DNA from: Candidatus Staskawiczbacteria bacterium
Lineage (GTDB): Bacteria; Patescibacteriota; Minisyncoccia; Minisyncoccales; Staskawiczbacteraceae
Assembly: GCA_026395295.1 (NCBI GenBank)
Contig: JAPLYZ010000020.1
Coordinates: forward strand, 1 to 48,706
Direction of reading: 5' to 3'
DNA: 48,706 nt
Shown in pieces: positions 1 through 10,312 of this stretch. The notes under the pieces are model-generated. The model was not told where the DNA came from, made no database searches, and saw only the letters and a list, made by a program, of their open reading frames with translations. A program made the position numbers and the translations under genes. Each line of letters opens with the position of its first letter. The first letter of the stretch is position 1.

Positions 1-2
1 CC

Positions 3-131
3 CTGGGCTACAAGACGCCTTTTGAATTAATGATAAAGCATGGTATGTTAAATCTTGAATATATCAAATCGTGGAGGAACAATCGTTTTTCTTACGACAT
101 TAACCGTCAATCAGTTGCGATTCGGGGGTGA
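3..131 (+). mobile_element. 3' end of IS30-family transposase (partial, runs off the window)
   Basis: Manual translation from nt 3 gives LGYKTPFELM...QSVAIRG* (stop 129-131). LGYKTP-E and a terminal VAxxG* running into the right IR are typical of IS30 transposase C-termini. Confidence 0.7.
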
Positions 132-189
132 ATTTGCATTAGTTTATAATATCTAATAATACCATAATAATATAATGGTGTCAATGTTT

Positions 190-873
190 TTAGCTGTTTT
201 CCAGTTCAGCCTGCACGGTGATCCTTTGGTAGTCTTTTCCCGGAGGCCAGCAACTGATTAGTGTCAAAACACTGCTGTTGGCGCTAAAATTACCCTTAGG
301 CACATCGGCCCCTCTTGCAATTATCGTTTTTTGTTTAACTATATATGTGTACTGTTTATTATTAAGGTCAATTAAAATTTTGTCTCCCGGAATTAACTTG
401 TCTAAGTCAGTAAAAACCCAATCGTGTTTTGTCTTCGGCCAGCCGGGCGGAGCCGAGTGACCCAAAATTACTATCTGACCAGCTTGCCCAGGGCTCACAG
501 AGCCCGGGTAGTAAACCACCCCTGAATCAAGGTCTTTGGTAAGTGAAACCTTGTCGGCACTTGTTGCAAAAACTATTGGAACAGAAATGGATATTTTTGA
601 AATTTCCAGCGTATTTTGTTTATCGGTGTAACTTGTTTCAACAACTCTTGCAGACTTAGGAGCCTCTTCCCCGTTTTGGTTGAAAGAAAAATAAGAAGCA
701 TCTATTGTTGAAGCGTCAATCGACGGATAAGGATTAAAAAAATCACTGACCAAACCTGAAACCTCTTTGTAATTAAAAATCCAAGAAACATCAGTCCAGT
801 TTATTATTAAAAAACTTGCCAGATATATCAGCGCCGTAACTTTTAATATTTTTTTTACTCTTCGTTTTTCCAT
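190..873 (-). CDS. Sortase-family protein (peptidase C60)
   Basis: N-terminal TM anchor; ILGHS, TLISCWPP and a downstream Arg give the His-Cys-Arg sortase triad. Confidence 0.9.
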   Translation of the reverse strand: MEKRRVKKILKVTALIYLASFLIINWTDVSWIFNYKEVSGLVSDFFNPYPSIDASTIDASYFSFNQNGEEAPKSARVVETSYTDKQNTLEISKISISVPIVFATSADKVSLTKDLDSGVVYYPGSVSPGQAGQIVILGHSAPPGWPKTKHDWVFTDLDKLIPGDKILIDLNNKQYTYIVKQKTIIARGADVPKGNFSANSSVLTLISCWPPGKDYQRITVQAELENS

Positions 874-1862
874 TAGATTATAATTTGATGCGGGATAATT
901 GAGATTATAAAACTTTTGTTCAATAAAACAGACAATGACAGCAATACTAAAATCAGGGCCGACCTGAGAACAAGCTTTTTTTCAAGCGGACGCGAACCAA
1001 GGCTAAAAAATATAACTGCGCAAAGTGTGCCAATGATTATCAAAGAAATTCCGTAGGCAATATCTTGCAGTAATGCGTTATAATCGTAAGAAACAAATTT
1101 AGGAGAACTCGAAAGGCTGTCTCCGCCGGCTTCCAGGAAATTTTGCGACTGCGTTGATTGCGACAAAACTTCCTGGCCAACCGGATTAGTGGCTTTTGGA
1201 GTTGTGCTTGCATTAGGCTGAATTGTTGCAACCGGCTTTGAGCTACTATTTTTTACCGCAGATTTTAGGGGCAACTGAGTCCCAAACTCCTGCACAACAA
1301 TAATTGCGTTGTTGTTGCCAAAACCTTCCAAAACAGCCGTGCCAACTTCTGTATAATTAGGATTTACAATGTTTGCTTTATGAGATGGCGAGTTTAACCA
1401 GGCATCATAAACTTCTTTTGAGTCAAAAAATCCAACTGCCAAATTTTCTCCTGCATATTTGTAATTATACCCTGCTTTCAAAAACCAGGACCATGGCGTA
1501 ACTCCGCTGGGGCTGGTGTGGCTGAAATAGTTATTTGAAACCATGTTCTCTGCTTTTGCTTGGGCAGCCTGGTTCAATTTTTTATTTTCCGTTAACGCGT
1601 TTAATCCCAAAGATTGCCGAGTTTGATTAACAAAATTTTCAAGAGATGATTTTGTTATGTCAGCAAAAAATGCATTTGGCGGAAAATTAAATGACACAGA
1701 AATTAAAACAATCTTCAAAACCAAAAGCAAAACAACACAATATAGCAATGCGTTGCCTTGCAAAAAATTTGATTTATAGTTGTTGCTTTCTGAGGGCAAA
1801 ATGAAAAGCTTTATTTTATCAAAAACATACTCAACGATGTCCTCTTTTGAAGAATAATCCAT
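873..1862 (-). CDS. CAP/SCP-domain membrane protein
   Basis: NQTR..L..L, YFSHTSP, AGENLA and WLNSPSHKANI CAP motifs; one N-terminal and two C-terminal TM helices. Confidence 0.9.
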   Translation of the reverse strand: MDYSSKEDIVEYVFDKIKLFILPSESNNYKSNFLQGNALLYCVVLLLVLKIVLISVSFNFPPNAFFADITKSSLENFVNQTRQSLGLNALTENKKLNQAAQAKAENMVSNNYFSHTSPSGVTPWSWFLKAGYNYKYAGENLAVGFFDSKEVYDAWLNSPSHKANIVNPNYTEVGTAVLEGFGNNNAIIVVQEFGTQLPLKSAVKNSSSKPVATIQPNASTTPKATNPVGQEVLSQSTQSQNFLEAGGDSLSSSPKFVSYDYNALLQDIAYGISLIIIGTLCAVIFFSLGSRPLEKKLVLRSALILVLLSLSVLLNKSFIISIIPHQIII

Positions 1863-1889
1863 AAATTTTACTTTGTACCCATATAATTA

Positions 1890-1918
1890 ATTATACTTCA
1901 ATTTTATCTCTTTGTCAA
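1890..1918 (-). promoter_or_regulatory. Consensus sigma70 promoter for the CAP/sortase operon
   Basis: Minus strand TTGACA (1918-1913), 17-nt spacer, TATAAT (1895-1890). Confidence 0.75.
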
Positions 1919-2010
1919 TAGTTTGATGCACCCTTTTCACATCTTAATCTTGCCATAATTTCTCTTGCCAAGCAACAAAAAACCGCTTCCTTATGGAAAA
2001 CGGCTAAAAA

Positions 2011-2868
2011 TCACCCACCGCAGGTTTTGTTGTCGCAGATGATTGCCCTGTCTTTGGGCCTTAAATCTATGTAGCGCAGATTTTTCCTGTTAGCAACAGA
2101 AATTTCATTGCTTAACAATAAATTAAGTTTTGTGAGCTGGGAATTTATATCTGAATCAGCGCTCAAATCAAAATAAACTTTCCAGCCTTCTTCCGTGCTT
2201 ACACTTAATCTCGATGAGCTTGCAATCAACGCCTCTGTTAAACTTATTTGAAAATTATCTTTCAAGTTTTTTTGAACTTTTAAAATGGCGCCCATCACAT
2301 TTTTCTCCACAATTTTCTCTCCAATGTAAATTTGTCCGTTATCTGCCACCTGTCGCACAATAAGATAGCTGGAATTCAACTGCTCGGGCTTAATTTGCCC
2401 AAATGCAATTCCGTTGCCATCAATTAAATAACATTGCGTGTCGGCTCCACAAAAAATTCCGACCAGAGTCCTTTCCGAAATTGACACCTCTAATGTTTGC
2501 GAAAATATTTTACTAACTTCCGCTTTTTCAATTATAATAAAATCTTTCAAAATTTCTTTGTTTATTTTTTCGGAATTAACCAAAAAAATACTTCTGGTGG
2601 AAACTTCTAAACTGCCAATTTTTAAAATTTTGTTGTTTGCGAGGTTATAAACCAAGGTTTCTATGTTGCGGCTGGGCACCTGCCTGTTTCCGTAAATTAT
2701 AACATTCTTAACTTGAACTCCATCGTAGAATAGAAAAAAATATAAAGCAGACAGAACAATAGCCAAACACAAAAACACAATCCAAAACCACGGCCTTTTG
2801 AAAATGGATTTTCTAGGTTTTATATTATGGATTTTGCCTTTTATGTGTTTTTTTCTGTATGAGGTCAT
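2011..2868 (-). CDS. ftsQ: Cell division protein FtsQ/DivIB-like (POTRA)
   Basis: Basic N-tail, one TM, POTRA-like VKNVIIYGN...ISER, C-terminal YIDLR. Start placed at ATG 2868, which overlaps the femABX stop (TAATG). Confidence 0.75.
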   Translation of the reverse strand: MTSYRKKHIKGKIHNIKPRKSIFKRPWFWIVFLCLAIVLSALYFFLFYDGVQVKNVIIYGNRQVPSRNIETLVYNLANNKILKIGSLEVSTRSIFLVNSEKINKEILKDFIIIEKAEVSKIFSQTLEVSISERTLVGIFCGADTQCYLIDGNGIAFGQIKPEQLNSSYLIVRQVADNGQIYIGEKIVEKNVMGAILKVQKNLKDNFQISLTEALIASSSRLSVSTEEGWKVYFDLSADSDINSQLTKLNLLLSNEISVANRKNLRYIDLRPKDRAIICDNKTCGG

Positions 2869-3950
2869 TACAAGTTTCTTTTGCGTTTTCTTATTTTTTC
2901 TATCAAATAATTTATCCAATATTTTTGGGAAATAACAAAATCTTGTGTTTTGACATAATTTTTCTTACATCCTCCAAAACCCATTTTAAAAAGCGAGAGT
3001 CCTGCCCACGGGTGCCTTGATTTTTGGGCGTCTGACTCGGTTGCCACATCTGGAGCAATCCCCCAAAAATTATAGGTTTTGCATCCCTTAATTTTGGCTT
3101 CTTGTATGGCCCTCCATTGTAACAAATACGAAACAGGGATTTTATTATATTTGGAAAGAGACCCGGAATGATGATAAAAACATATTCCCTGCCAAAAGAC
3201 AAAAATCGCCGAGGAAACAACTTCCCCTTTATACTTTCCCAAAAATATTAAAATTTCTCTGTCTTTTATGAAAGAATTAAATTCTGCTTCCAGATATTTT
3301 TCCGGAAACACAACAAAGTGGTGCCTTTTAGCTGTTTCAACATAAACCGGCCAGAAGAGTTTTAAGTCTTCAATTTTGTCACTGACTGAAATTTGTATGT
3401 CGGGGTTTTTTTCTGCCTGGCGAATCAAATATCTGGTGGTTTTGCGCATATTTGCCAAAAGTTTTTCTTCGGGCAAAGTGATGTCTAATTCCCAGGTAAC
3501 TTCCGGGTGCATATGTATTGGCGAGCGCCTAAAGCCTAAATCTAAAAAAATATTTTCATTTTCCGGGTATCCGTCATCTGGCGAAATAACGCCTTCTAAA
3601 AAAATCGGAGACACCCTTATAAAACTCGCCCCTTGTTTCTTGGCAACATCGCTCAGCTGCGCCACAATAAGCCCTAAAATTTCTTTCTTGTCCTGGTTTG
3701 ATAAACTTTCTTTAACAACAGGTCCGTGCGGAATAAATAAAAAAGTCCCACGCCTTGCGGAAATTTTATAAACTAAAACAACGCCCAACAGTTGGTCTGT
3801 GTCATAAGCGCCAATCCTCCAAATTACGCTTCCCATTTCCTTGTTAAATTCTCCCCAGTTCCACGACTGCAAAAAGGTTTTCTCTGCTTGCTGCAAAAGA
3901 AAGTTTTCCCATTCTTCTTTATTGTCTATTTCTCTAATTTGAATTGCCAT
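2868..3950 (-). CDS. FemABX-family peptidoglycan bridge peptidyltransferase
   Basis: FLQSWNWG, PHGPV, MRKTTRYLIR, YNFWGI and FKMGFGG motifs. Confidence 0.92.
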   Translation of the reverse strand: MAIQIREIDNKEEWENFLLQQAEKTFLQSWNWGEFNKEMGSVIWRIGAYDTDQLLGVVLVYKISARRGTFLFIPHGPVVKESLSNQDKKEILGLIVAQLSDVAKKQGASFIRVSPIFLEGVISPDDGYPENENIFLDLGFRRSPIHMHPEVTWELDITLPEEKLLANMRKTTRYLIRQAEKNPDIQISVSDKIEDLKLFWPVYVETAKRHHFVVFPEKYLEAEFNSFIKDREILIFLGKYKGEVVSSAIFVFWQGICFYHHSGSLSKYNKIPVSYLLQWRAIQEAKIKGCKTYNFWGIAPDVATESDAQKSRHPWAGLSLFKMGFGGCKKNYVKTQDFVISQKYWINYLIEKIRKRKRNL

Positions 3951-3964
3951 ATTTTTATTTTAGC

Positions 3965-4000
3965 AAAAAAAAGCGCCTTCGGGAAGAAGGCGTTAAAAAA
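3965..4000. terminator. Probable intrinsic terminator
   Basis: CGCCTTC/GAAGGCG stem with an A-tract on the left (U-tail on the minus strand). Confidence 0.6.
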
Positions 4001-4001
4001 T

Positions 4002-4634
4002 CTATTTTTTACCACTTTCAAACTCCTTGCCAAGTCGCTCTGCCATTTTCAATTTTTCTTTCCAATACTTTGCCTCTTCATCGATCTCCCCTAATCTACC
4101 TCGATCTTGCGATGTTAAATCGCCTTCCCATATCATAATGCTTTTCCTTTCTAATTCTAATTGAGCAATTCTGGCTTTAATAAGATCTGATTTTCTTACC
4201 CGAAGCTCTTTATATTCCCCTTTTATTATTTCAACCTTAAAAAATCCAGAAGCCTCTACTGCCGAAACTTGCCACACCTCATCTCTGTTAATTTCGCCAT
4301 TATGGCCTAATACCTCAACAACTTCTCCTTTTTGGAAAGGTTGCAGTCCTGCAAGTTTTTTCTGCTCAAAAGTTTTCTGGTCTCCTCTTTCATTACGAGC
4401 AACAACATATCCCTGTTTTTTATCAGATGGTCCCACAACTTCCCAACCGCCTTCTAATCTTGCAGGCTTGCCACCTCTTGCATTCCTTGTTACTGTCACT
4501 TCTGCTCCCTGGCCTTTAAAAAAATTTTCACCAATTTCAAAAGCTTCTGCGTCCTTGCCTATTTCATCGTTGGGTTGCACTTCGCTTAAGCCACTTTGTG
4601 GATCTACTTCACCTCTTATTTCTAGATTCTTCAT
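4002..4634 (-). CDS. Hypothetical protein
   Basis: 210-aa charged ORF with its own promoter-like TTGACA...TAAGAT upstream and a terminator downstream; no family recognised. Confidence 0.7.
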   Translation of the reverse strand: MKNLEIRGEVDPQSGLSEVQPNDEIGKDAEAFEIGENFFKGQGAEVTVTRNARGGKPARLEGGWEVVGPSDKKQGYVVARNERGDQKTFEQKKLAGLQPFQKGEVVEVLGHNGEINRDEVWQVSAVEASGFFKVEIIKGEYKELRVRKSDLIKARIAQLELERKSIMIWEGDLTSQDRGRLGEIDEEAKYWKEKLKMAERLGKEFESGKK

Positions 4635-4708
4635 AATTTTTTTACTTTAATTATTTATTTTATCTTACTATTTTCTTACCAATAATGTCAAGAGACCCTG
4701 CTCTCTCA

Positions 4709-5773
4709 CTATCTTAACAATCTTATGGCGACGCCTATAAAAGCCAGCACAATGCCAATAATCCAGGCGCGCATTGTTACTTTGTATGAGGGCCAGCCAA
4801 GAGCTTCAAAGTGATGATGGATTGGAGTTGAAAGAAAAACTTTTTTCTTTCGGAATTTTTTAGACAAAAGCTGGATTATAACAGACAAAACTTCAACCAC
4901 CAAAATTCCGGCAATTATAGGCAAAACGTAAACAGAGTCAGTTAAAAAAGCTATTACAGAAAGAACTGTTGTCAGTCCAAGAATTCCTGTTTCTCCCATA
5001 TAAAATCTTGCCGGCGGAATGTTAAACCATAAAAAAGCAAACAAAGTTCCGGCAACAACTGCGCAAAACGCCGCTAAATCAATTTTCCCCACAGAGAAAG
5101 CAATAATAGTAAAAGCGCCGAAAATGGAAGCAAAAGTTCCTCCGGCTAATCCATCTAATCCATCCACAATGCCACCCGACCAGCAAGCAACGGTTACTAT
5201 GACAAATAATGGAATGTACCACAGCCCTATGGAAACGTCTCCCAAATAAGGAATAAAAATTGTGTCCCAGCCCAGCTTTTGATAAAACCAAAGACTTGCT
5301 ATGAGACCAATTAAAATTACCAGCAACAGGCGTTTTTTAAAAGAAATTCCTCCACCGACATATTTCCCCCAGCCCCTAATAGTTAAAATATCATCGGCAA
5401 AACCCACCAAAGATGCGACAATTAATGTGAAAAGAGGCAGCCATGTTTGGCTTCTTGATAAAAAGTTAAATTGAGAAATCCAGGTGTCTGGAAAAAGCAT
5501 CGCTAATACAGAAAATAAAAAAGTGACAAAGACAACTGTTAACCAAATAAGCAGGCCTCCCATGCGTGGCGTGCCAACTTCTTTTTCTTTGTGCAGGTTA
5601 TTAAAAACAACAGCATCTTCGCCGGAAATTGCCTTTTGCCTTGCTGTTTTCTTCCAAAGTTTGTGCTTATACAAAAAATGCGTCAGCAATGGACACCAAA
5701 AAATCGCCAATGCCGAGGCTAAAGCCGCCAAACTGAAAATTTTTATAACATTAAAAATTAAAATAGTAATCAT
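4709..5773 (-). CDS. mraY: Phospho-N-acetylmuramoyl-pentapeptide transferase
   Basis: TPRMGG, GFADD, DGLDGL, YMGETG and PIHHHFE motifs; multi-TM. Confidence 0.95.
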   Translation of the reverse strand: MITILIFNVIKIFSLAALASALAIFWCPLLTHFLYKHKLWKKTARQKAISGEDAVVFNNLHKEKEVGTPRMGGLLIWLTVVFVTFLFSVLAMLFPDTWISQFNFLSRSQTWLPLFTLIVASLVGFADDILTIRGWGKYVGGGISFKKRLLLVILIGLIASLWFYQKLGWDTIFIPYLGDVSIGLWYIPLFVIVTVACWSGGIVDGLDGLAGGTFASIFGAFTIIAFSVGKIDLAAFCAVVAGTLFAFLWFNIPPARFYMGETGILGLTTVLSVIAFLTDSVYVLPIIAGILVVEVLSVIIQLLSKKFRKKKVFLSTPIHHHFEALGWPSYKVTMRAWIIGIVLAFIGVAIRLLR

Positions 5774-6690
5774 TCACAGAAATTTATTAATTTTTTCATT
5801 TCGGCAAATCGGTCATCAGATCCTAAAATTACGTTGATCAAATAACCGTTATTTTTCGGACTATCAACCACTAAAAGCAAGCAACCCTTAGCTGCATCGG
5901 TGAAACCGGTCTTACTACAAATGGCTTCCGGCATCTCGCTTAAAAGTTGGTCGGTGTTTTCAACTTTCCCGAAATTTGGAACATAAAAATCCTTAACCTT
6001 GCTTATGTTGGCGATCTTAGGATATTCCCTTAAAATGTGTTCAGCAAGCTTTATTAAATCTCGCGCAGTAGAAACATTTCTGGAACTTAAACCTGTGGAG
6101 TCTGCAAAAAAAGTGTTGTCTAACCCCATATCTTTTGCTTTTTGGTTCATTAAACCGATAAATTTTTGCTCGCCAATTTTTTCCGATAACGCATAAGCTG
6201 ATTTATTAGAAGAGCCAACCAACATTATGTCTAGAAAACTTTCAACCGGCATTGTGTCTCCCAGCTTAACATCTTGCCTTACAGATTCCTGTGAGTCGGC
6301 AACTTCATTAACTGTAATTGTGTCTGATAAGTCGTAGTTGTCTAAAACAATAACCGCTGTCATCAGTTTGGTTAAACTGGCAATTGGCAGCCGAGCATCG
6401 CTATCTTTTTCAAAAATAATTTTTTTTTCTCCATAAGAATTGCTTTCTACAGAAATTGCCGCCTTTGCTCTTATCTCGGGAACAACGCCTTGTATTAGAA
6501 CAGTGCCTCCGGTTACATTTTCCAAATTAAAATCCCTGAAATTATCGGAAACACTTCCCAAAAACACCGTTTTGTTTTGGCTCTGGGAAAAATTATCAAA
6601 AACCCATTGCAAACCAAAAATCATGTATACAAAAAATCCTAAAAATACCAGCGACAATAACAAACCTTTGATTGCCCGGCTTAAATTCAT
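5770..6690 (-). CDS. D-alanyl-D-alanine carboxypeptidase (peptidase S11)
   Basis: PIASLTKLMT (SxxK), SSN (SxN) and KTG motifs; N-terminal TM. Confidence 0.92.
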   Translation of the reverse strand: MNLSRAIKGLLLSLVFLGFFVYMIFGLQWVFDNFSQSQNKTVFLGSVSDNFRDFNLENVTGGTVLIQGVVPEIRAKAAISVESNSYGEKKIIFEKDSDARLPIASLTKLMTAVIVLDNYDLSDTITVNEVADSQESVRQDVKLGDTMPVESFLDIMLVGSSNKSAYALSEKIGEQKFIGLMNQKAKDMGLDNTFFADSTGLSSRNVSTARDLIKLAEHILREYPKIANISKVKDFYVPNFGKVENTDQLLSEMPEAICSKTGFTDAAKGCLLLVVDSPKNNGYLINVILGSDDRFAEMKKLINFCE

Positions 6691-8087
6691 TTTTTAGTCT
6701 TGCCTATGCTTATGTGTAATTCTTTTAGCTGTTTTTTATCAACTTCCGATGGAGCCTGCATCATAAAGTCCCGACCATCTCCTGTTTTTGGAAAAGCAAT
6801 GACTTCTCTGATGTTTGGTTCGTTTTGTAAAATAGTTACAATTCTATCAATGCCCGGAGCAATTCCACCGTGCGGAGGCGTGCCGAATTGAAAGGCCGTA
6901 AGCATATGCCCAAACTTTTCCCAAATTTCTTCTTTTTTATATCCCATAATTTCAAAGACCTTTTCAAGGATTTTCGGGTCGTGGCTTCTTATTCCCCCGC
7001 TTGCCAATTCCATGCCATTTAGAACAATATCGTACTGGTTGGCAACAATTTTTTCTATATTTTTTTTATTTAATAAATCTGGGATAAACTCTTGTTTTTG
7101 GGCTGAAAATGGATTATGCACGAATGTCCACTTTCCATCTTCTGTTTTTTCAAAAAATGGAAAATCTATTATCCAACAAAAAGCCAGAAGATCTTTATCA
7201 TTTTTGTCCTTTCTTAAATCCGGTTTATCGGAATTATATTTTTCCATTGCTTCTTTATATGGAATTCTGGGAAAAGGAATTTCCTGTATTTTTTTATTCG
7301 GGTATAAGGTTTCAATCATCTTAATAAACATTCTTTCCACCAATTCAAGAATGTCTTCTCTCTCCACAAAACTCATTTCTAGGTCAAGCTGAGTGTGCTC
7401 AAATTGACGATCTCCCCTTGAGTCTTCGTCTCTAAAGCATCTGGCAATTTGGAAATATTTTTCTAAACCGGCCGCCATTAAAAGTTGCTTATATTGCTGT
7501 GGGCTTTGAGGCAAGGCATAAAATTTTCCTGGTTGTAATCTTGAAGGAACTATAAAATCGCGGGAGCCTTCTGGCGTTGACTTTGTAAGCATGGGAGTTT
7601 CAATTTCCGCAAAGCCTTCTTTATCTAAAAAATCTCTAAAAAACTTTATGACTTTATGTCGCACAATAAGATTGTTTTTCAGTCTTTCTCTTCGTAAATC
7701 CAAATACCTGTATTTCATCCTCACCTCCTCGTTAATGTCATAGCCGTCGCCCTCAATGGTCAGTGGCAGGGTTTCTGACTCAGACAAAATCTTCAAGCTT
7801 TCCACCGAAAGTTCCACCTGACCTGTTTCAATTTTTGGGTTAATCATATTTTCCGGCCTTTTAACAATTTGTCCGACAATTTCCACAACCCATTCTGTTC
7901 TCAAATTTTGGGCCAGGTCATAGGCCTCTTTATTTGAGGGCACAAAAACAACCTGCAGAATTCCGCTGATGTCGCGCAGGTCAATAAACAAAATTTTTCC
8001 GTGAGCCCTCCTGGTGTTGACCCATCCGCAAACCCTGACCTTTTCTCCAATATGTTTTGCCGTGTCTTTTATTAAAAATCTTTGCAT
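6687..8087 (-). CDS. aspS: Aspartate--tRNA ligase (short form lacking the GAD insertion)
   Basis: OB-fold N-terminus, YRYLDLRR, LPQSPQ, CFRDED and PPHGGIAPGIDR; only 466 aa. Confidence 0.95.
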   Translation of the reverse strand: MQRFLIKDTAKHIGEKVRVCGWVNTRRAHGKILFIDLRDISGILQVVFVPSNKEAYDLAQNLRTEWVVEIVGQIVKRPENMINPKIETGQVELSVESLKILSESETLPLTIEGDGYDINEEVRMKYRYLDLRRERLKNNLIVRHKVIKFFRDFLDKEGFAEIETPMLTKSTPEGSRDFIVPSRLQPGKFYALPQSPQQYKQLLMAAGLEKYFQIARCFRDEDSRGDRQFEHTQLDLEMSFVEREDILELVERMFIKMIETLYPNKKIQEIPFPRIPYKEAMEKYNSDKPDLRKDKNDKDLLAFCWIIDFPFFEKTEDGKWTFVHNPFSAQKQEFIPDLLNKKNIEKIVANQYDIVLNGMELASGGIRSHDPKILEKVFEIMGYKKEEIWEKFGHMLTAFQFGTPPHGGIAPGIDRIVTILQNEPNIREVIAFPKTGDGRDFMMQAPSEVDKKQLKELHISIGKTKK

Positions 8088-8093
8088 AATTTT

Positions 8094-9296
8094 TTATTTA
8101 AGTTTAATTTTTACGAATTTTCTGCTGCCGACTTTTATTATCATTCCGTCTTTTATTTCTACAGATTTTTTCCACTCTTTTTCGGTTTTATCATCTATAT
8201 CAACTGCCCCAGCCTCAACCAATCTTTTCGCCTCGTTTTTTGAAGGAGCCAACCTAGTGTCGCACAATAAATCCAAAATAAAATACTCTCTCGTGTTTGT
8301 GTTAAAAACTGGCATATCGCTTGGCAATTCCTTATCGCGATAGACCTTGTTAAACTCTTCTTCCGCCTTTTTCGCTTCTTTTTCGCCAAAAAATATTTTA
8401 GCGATTTCAAGCGCCAAATGCGCCTTTGCATCTCTTGGATTTCCCGAAACTATTTCTTTTATTTCCTCCAATGGTAAATACGTATTATTAACAAACAAAA
8501 TTTCTGTCATTTCGTCGGGTTGAGCCATAATTTGTCCGTACATGTCGGCGGGTTTTGCGTCCAAAAAGACTCCGGTGCCCTTGCTCTTTGACATTAGTTC
8601 GCCGGTTTTTGGATTTTCCATTAATGTTACAGCAATCACAAACTTATCTTTGCCTTTTAGCTTCTTTATCAAATCTCTTCCTGCCAAGGCATTGAAAATT
8701 TGGTCGGTTCCGCAAACCTCCACGTCAACACCCATAGCCACCGAATCATAACCTTGCATTAACGGGTACAAAAATTCATGCAAGTGTATTGGCTTTTCCT
8801 CTCTAATTCTTTTTTGGAACATATCGCGTTCAAGCAATCTCTGCACAGTAAAATTACTTGCCAAATCTATAACTTCTTCCATTGTAAGCTTCGAAAGCCA
8901 ATCGTTGTTATATTTTATTTTTGGCGGATTTTTAAGGTCGTTGAAATTCATCAATGGCTTTATCAACTGCTTCCATTTTTTAACATTTCCAACAACTTCT
9001 TTACGCGATAGTTGTTTTCTCGCGGAATTTTCTCCGGAAGGATCTCCAATTCGAGCTGTAAAGTCGCCAAAAAGAATTATAACTTCGTGCCCAAGTTTCC
9101 TGAACTTTTCCATCAGTATTATATTTTTTGCATGACTTAAATGCAGGGTTGGCGATGTGGCGTCAAAACCAATATAAAACCTAAGCTTTTTTCCACTCAA
9201 CAGTTCTTTGCGAAACTCGTCTTTTGTCGGTAAAATTTCAACAATTGTCCCGCGATTTAAAACTTCATCAATTTTTTGTTCATTTGTGTCTGTCAT
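8094..9296 (-). CDS. tyrS: Tyrosine--tRNA ligase
   Basis: YIGFD, HLSH (HIGH), YPLMQGYD, GTDQ, MSKS and C-terminal S4 domain. Likely start MTDTNEQ at 9296. Confidence 0.95.
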   Translation of the reverse strand: MTDTNEQKIDEVLNRGTIVEILPTKDEFRKELLSGKKLRFYIGFDATSPTLHLSHAKNIILMEKFRKLGHEVIILFGDFTARIGDPSGENSARKQLSRKEVVGNVKKWKQLIKPLMNFNDLKNPPKIKYNNDWLSKLTMEEVIDLASNFTVQRLLERDMFQKRIREEKPIHLHEFLYPLMQGYDSVAMGVDVEVCGTDQIFNALAGRDLIKKLKGKDKFVIAVTLMENPKTGELMSKSKGTGVFLDAKPADMYGQIMAQPDEMTEILFVNNTYLPLEEIKEIVSGNPRDAKAHLALEIAKIFFGEKEAKKAEEEFNKVYRDKELPSDMPVFNTNTREYFILDLLCDTRLAPSKNEAKRLVEAGAVDIDDKTEKEWKKSVEIKDGMIIKVGSRKFVKIKLK

Positions 9297-9413
9297 AATT
9301 ATTGGTAATCTTAATACGTTATTAAATGATAGCAATTTTTGCAAAAAAAAGAAAGCGCGGAAATCCACAGCATCATATGTCCCTTAAATGTTGCAAAAAA
9401 AAAGAGGCAATGA

Positions 9414-9644
9414 CTAACATTGCCACGTGCCTTTTGGCTTCTTGGGCTTTACCCTGCTCACCTTGCAGTTGATGCAAACGTTTACAACTCCACCGCCGGT
9501 GTCGATAGTTGGGCAAAAATTATGCATACCATCTTTAGTCATAAGGGGAAAGCTCTCTTCGCACACCGGACATTGATGTTTCTCTGTGTTTTTGTCATTC
9601 ATAAAGTATTGCGAACTGGGCCACCAGCAAGTATCAATTTTCAA
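9414..9644 (-). CDS. Small putative zinc-ribbon protein
   Basis: CPVC...CINC pairs; fills an intergenic gap; start uncertain. Confidence 0.4.
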   Translation of the reverse strand: MKIDTCWWPSSQYFMNDKNTEKHQCPVCEESFPLMTKDGMHNFCPTIDTGGGVVNVCINCKVSRVKPKKPKGTWQC

Positions 9645-9686
9645 TTTTCTGACCTTAGTCTACCTTAAAATTTAGGAAAGATCAAA

Positions 9687-10298
9687 TTAATTCTTCCTAT
9701 CTAAAAGATGCAAAACATCTTCTCTAATCTGCGCAGGATTTTTTGCAAGAACAGTTTTCATTCCCAACTCCTTTGCCGGTAGGAGATTCTTTTCTTTATC
9801 ATCAATAAAAATACATTCTTCCGGCTTAACCTTCAATTTTTCAACGGCCAATTGATAAATATCCATCTCCGGTTTTTTCATTCCCACTTCGTACGACAAA
9901 ATAACATCTTCAAACTCATCGTAGCCTTTATTCTCTCGAATAACATCCGCCTCAAATTTAAAAATGTTAGACAGCACAACAACCCTAATTCCCATCGCCC
10001 TTAATTTTTTAACCAAATCAACGGTCTCTTGTATAAAAACGAAAGTTTTCCTATAAATGTCTTTAGCGGTCTTTGCGCAATCAGCAGGCAACGGCTTGCC
10101 AATGGCCTCGGAAAGTCTTTTCCAAAATTCTTCGTCAGTGATAATGCCTTTTTCAGCTAAAACGGCTATTTCCGATTTTTTTTCTTTTATTTGCTCTAAT
10201 TCCTTTTCAGGCACGTTGCATATTCTGGCCAAATCCATGCTTAATGGATGGCCCACCTTTATTATTCCTCCATAGTCAAATAAAACTACTTTTATCAT
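9687..10298 (-). CDS. HAD-superfamily hydrolase (subfamily IA)
   Basis: VLFDYGG, LSN, KP and FIDD motifs. Confidence 0.92.
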   Translation of the reverse strand: MIKVVLFDYGGIIKVGHPLSMDLARICNVPEKELEQIKEKKSEIAVLAEKGIITDEEFWKRLSEAIGKPLPADCAKTAKDIYRKTFVFIQETVDLVKKLRAMGIRVVVLSNIFKFEADVIRENKGYDEFEDVILSYEVGMKKPEMDIYQLAVEKLKVKPEECIFIDDKEKNLLPAKELGMKTVLAKNPAQIREDVLHLLDRKN

Positions 10299-10312
10299 GT
10301 TATATTTTTATA

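Noticed and set aside
3560-3600. Repeat-derived insertion in femABX (GVISPDDGYP)
   Set aside because: No convincing palindrome or second copy seen.
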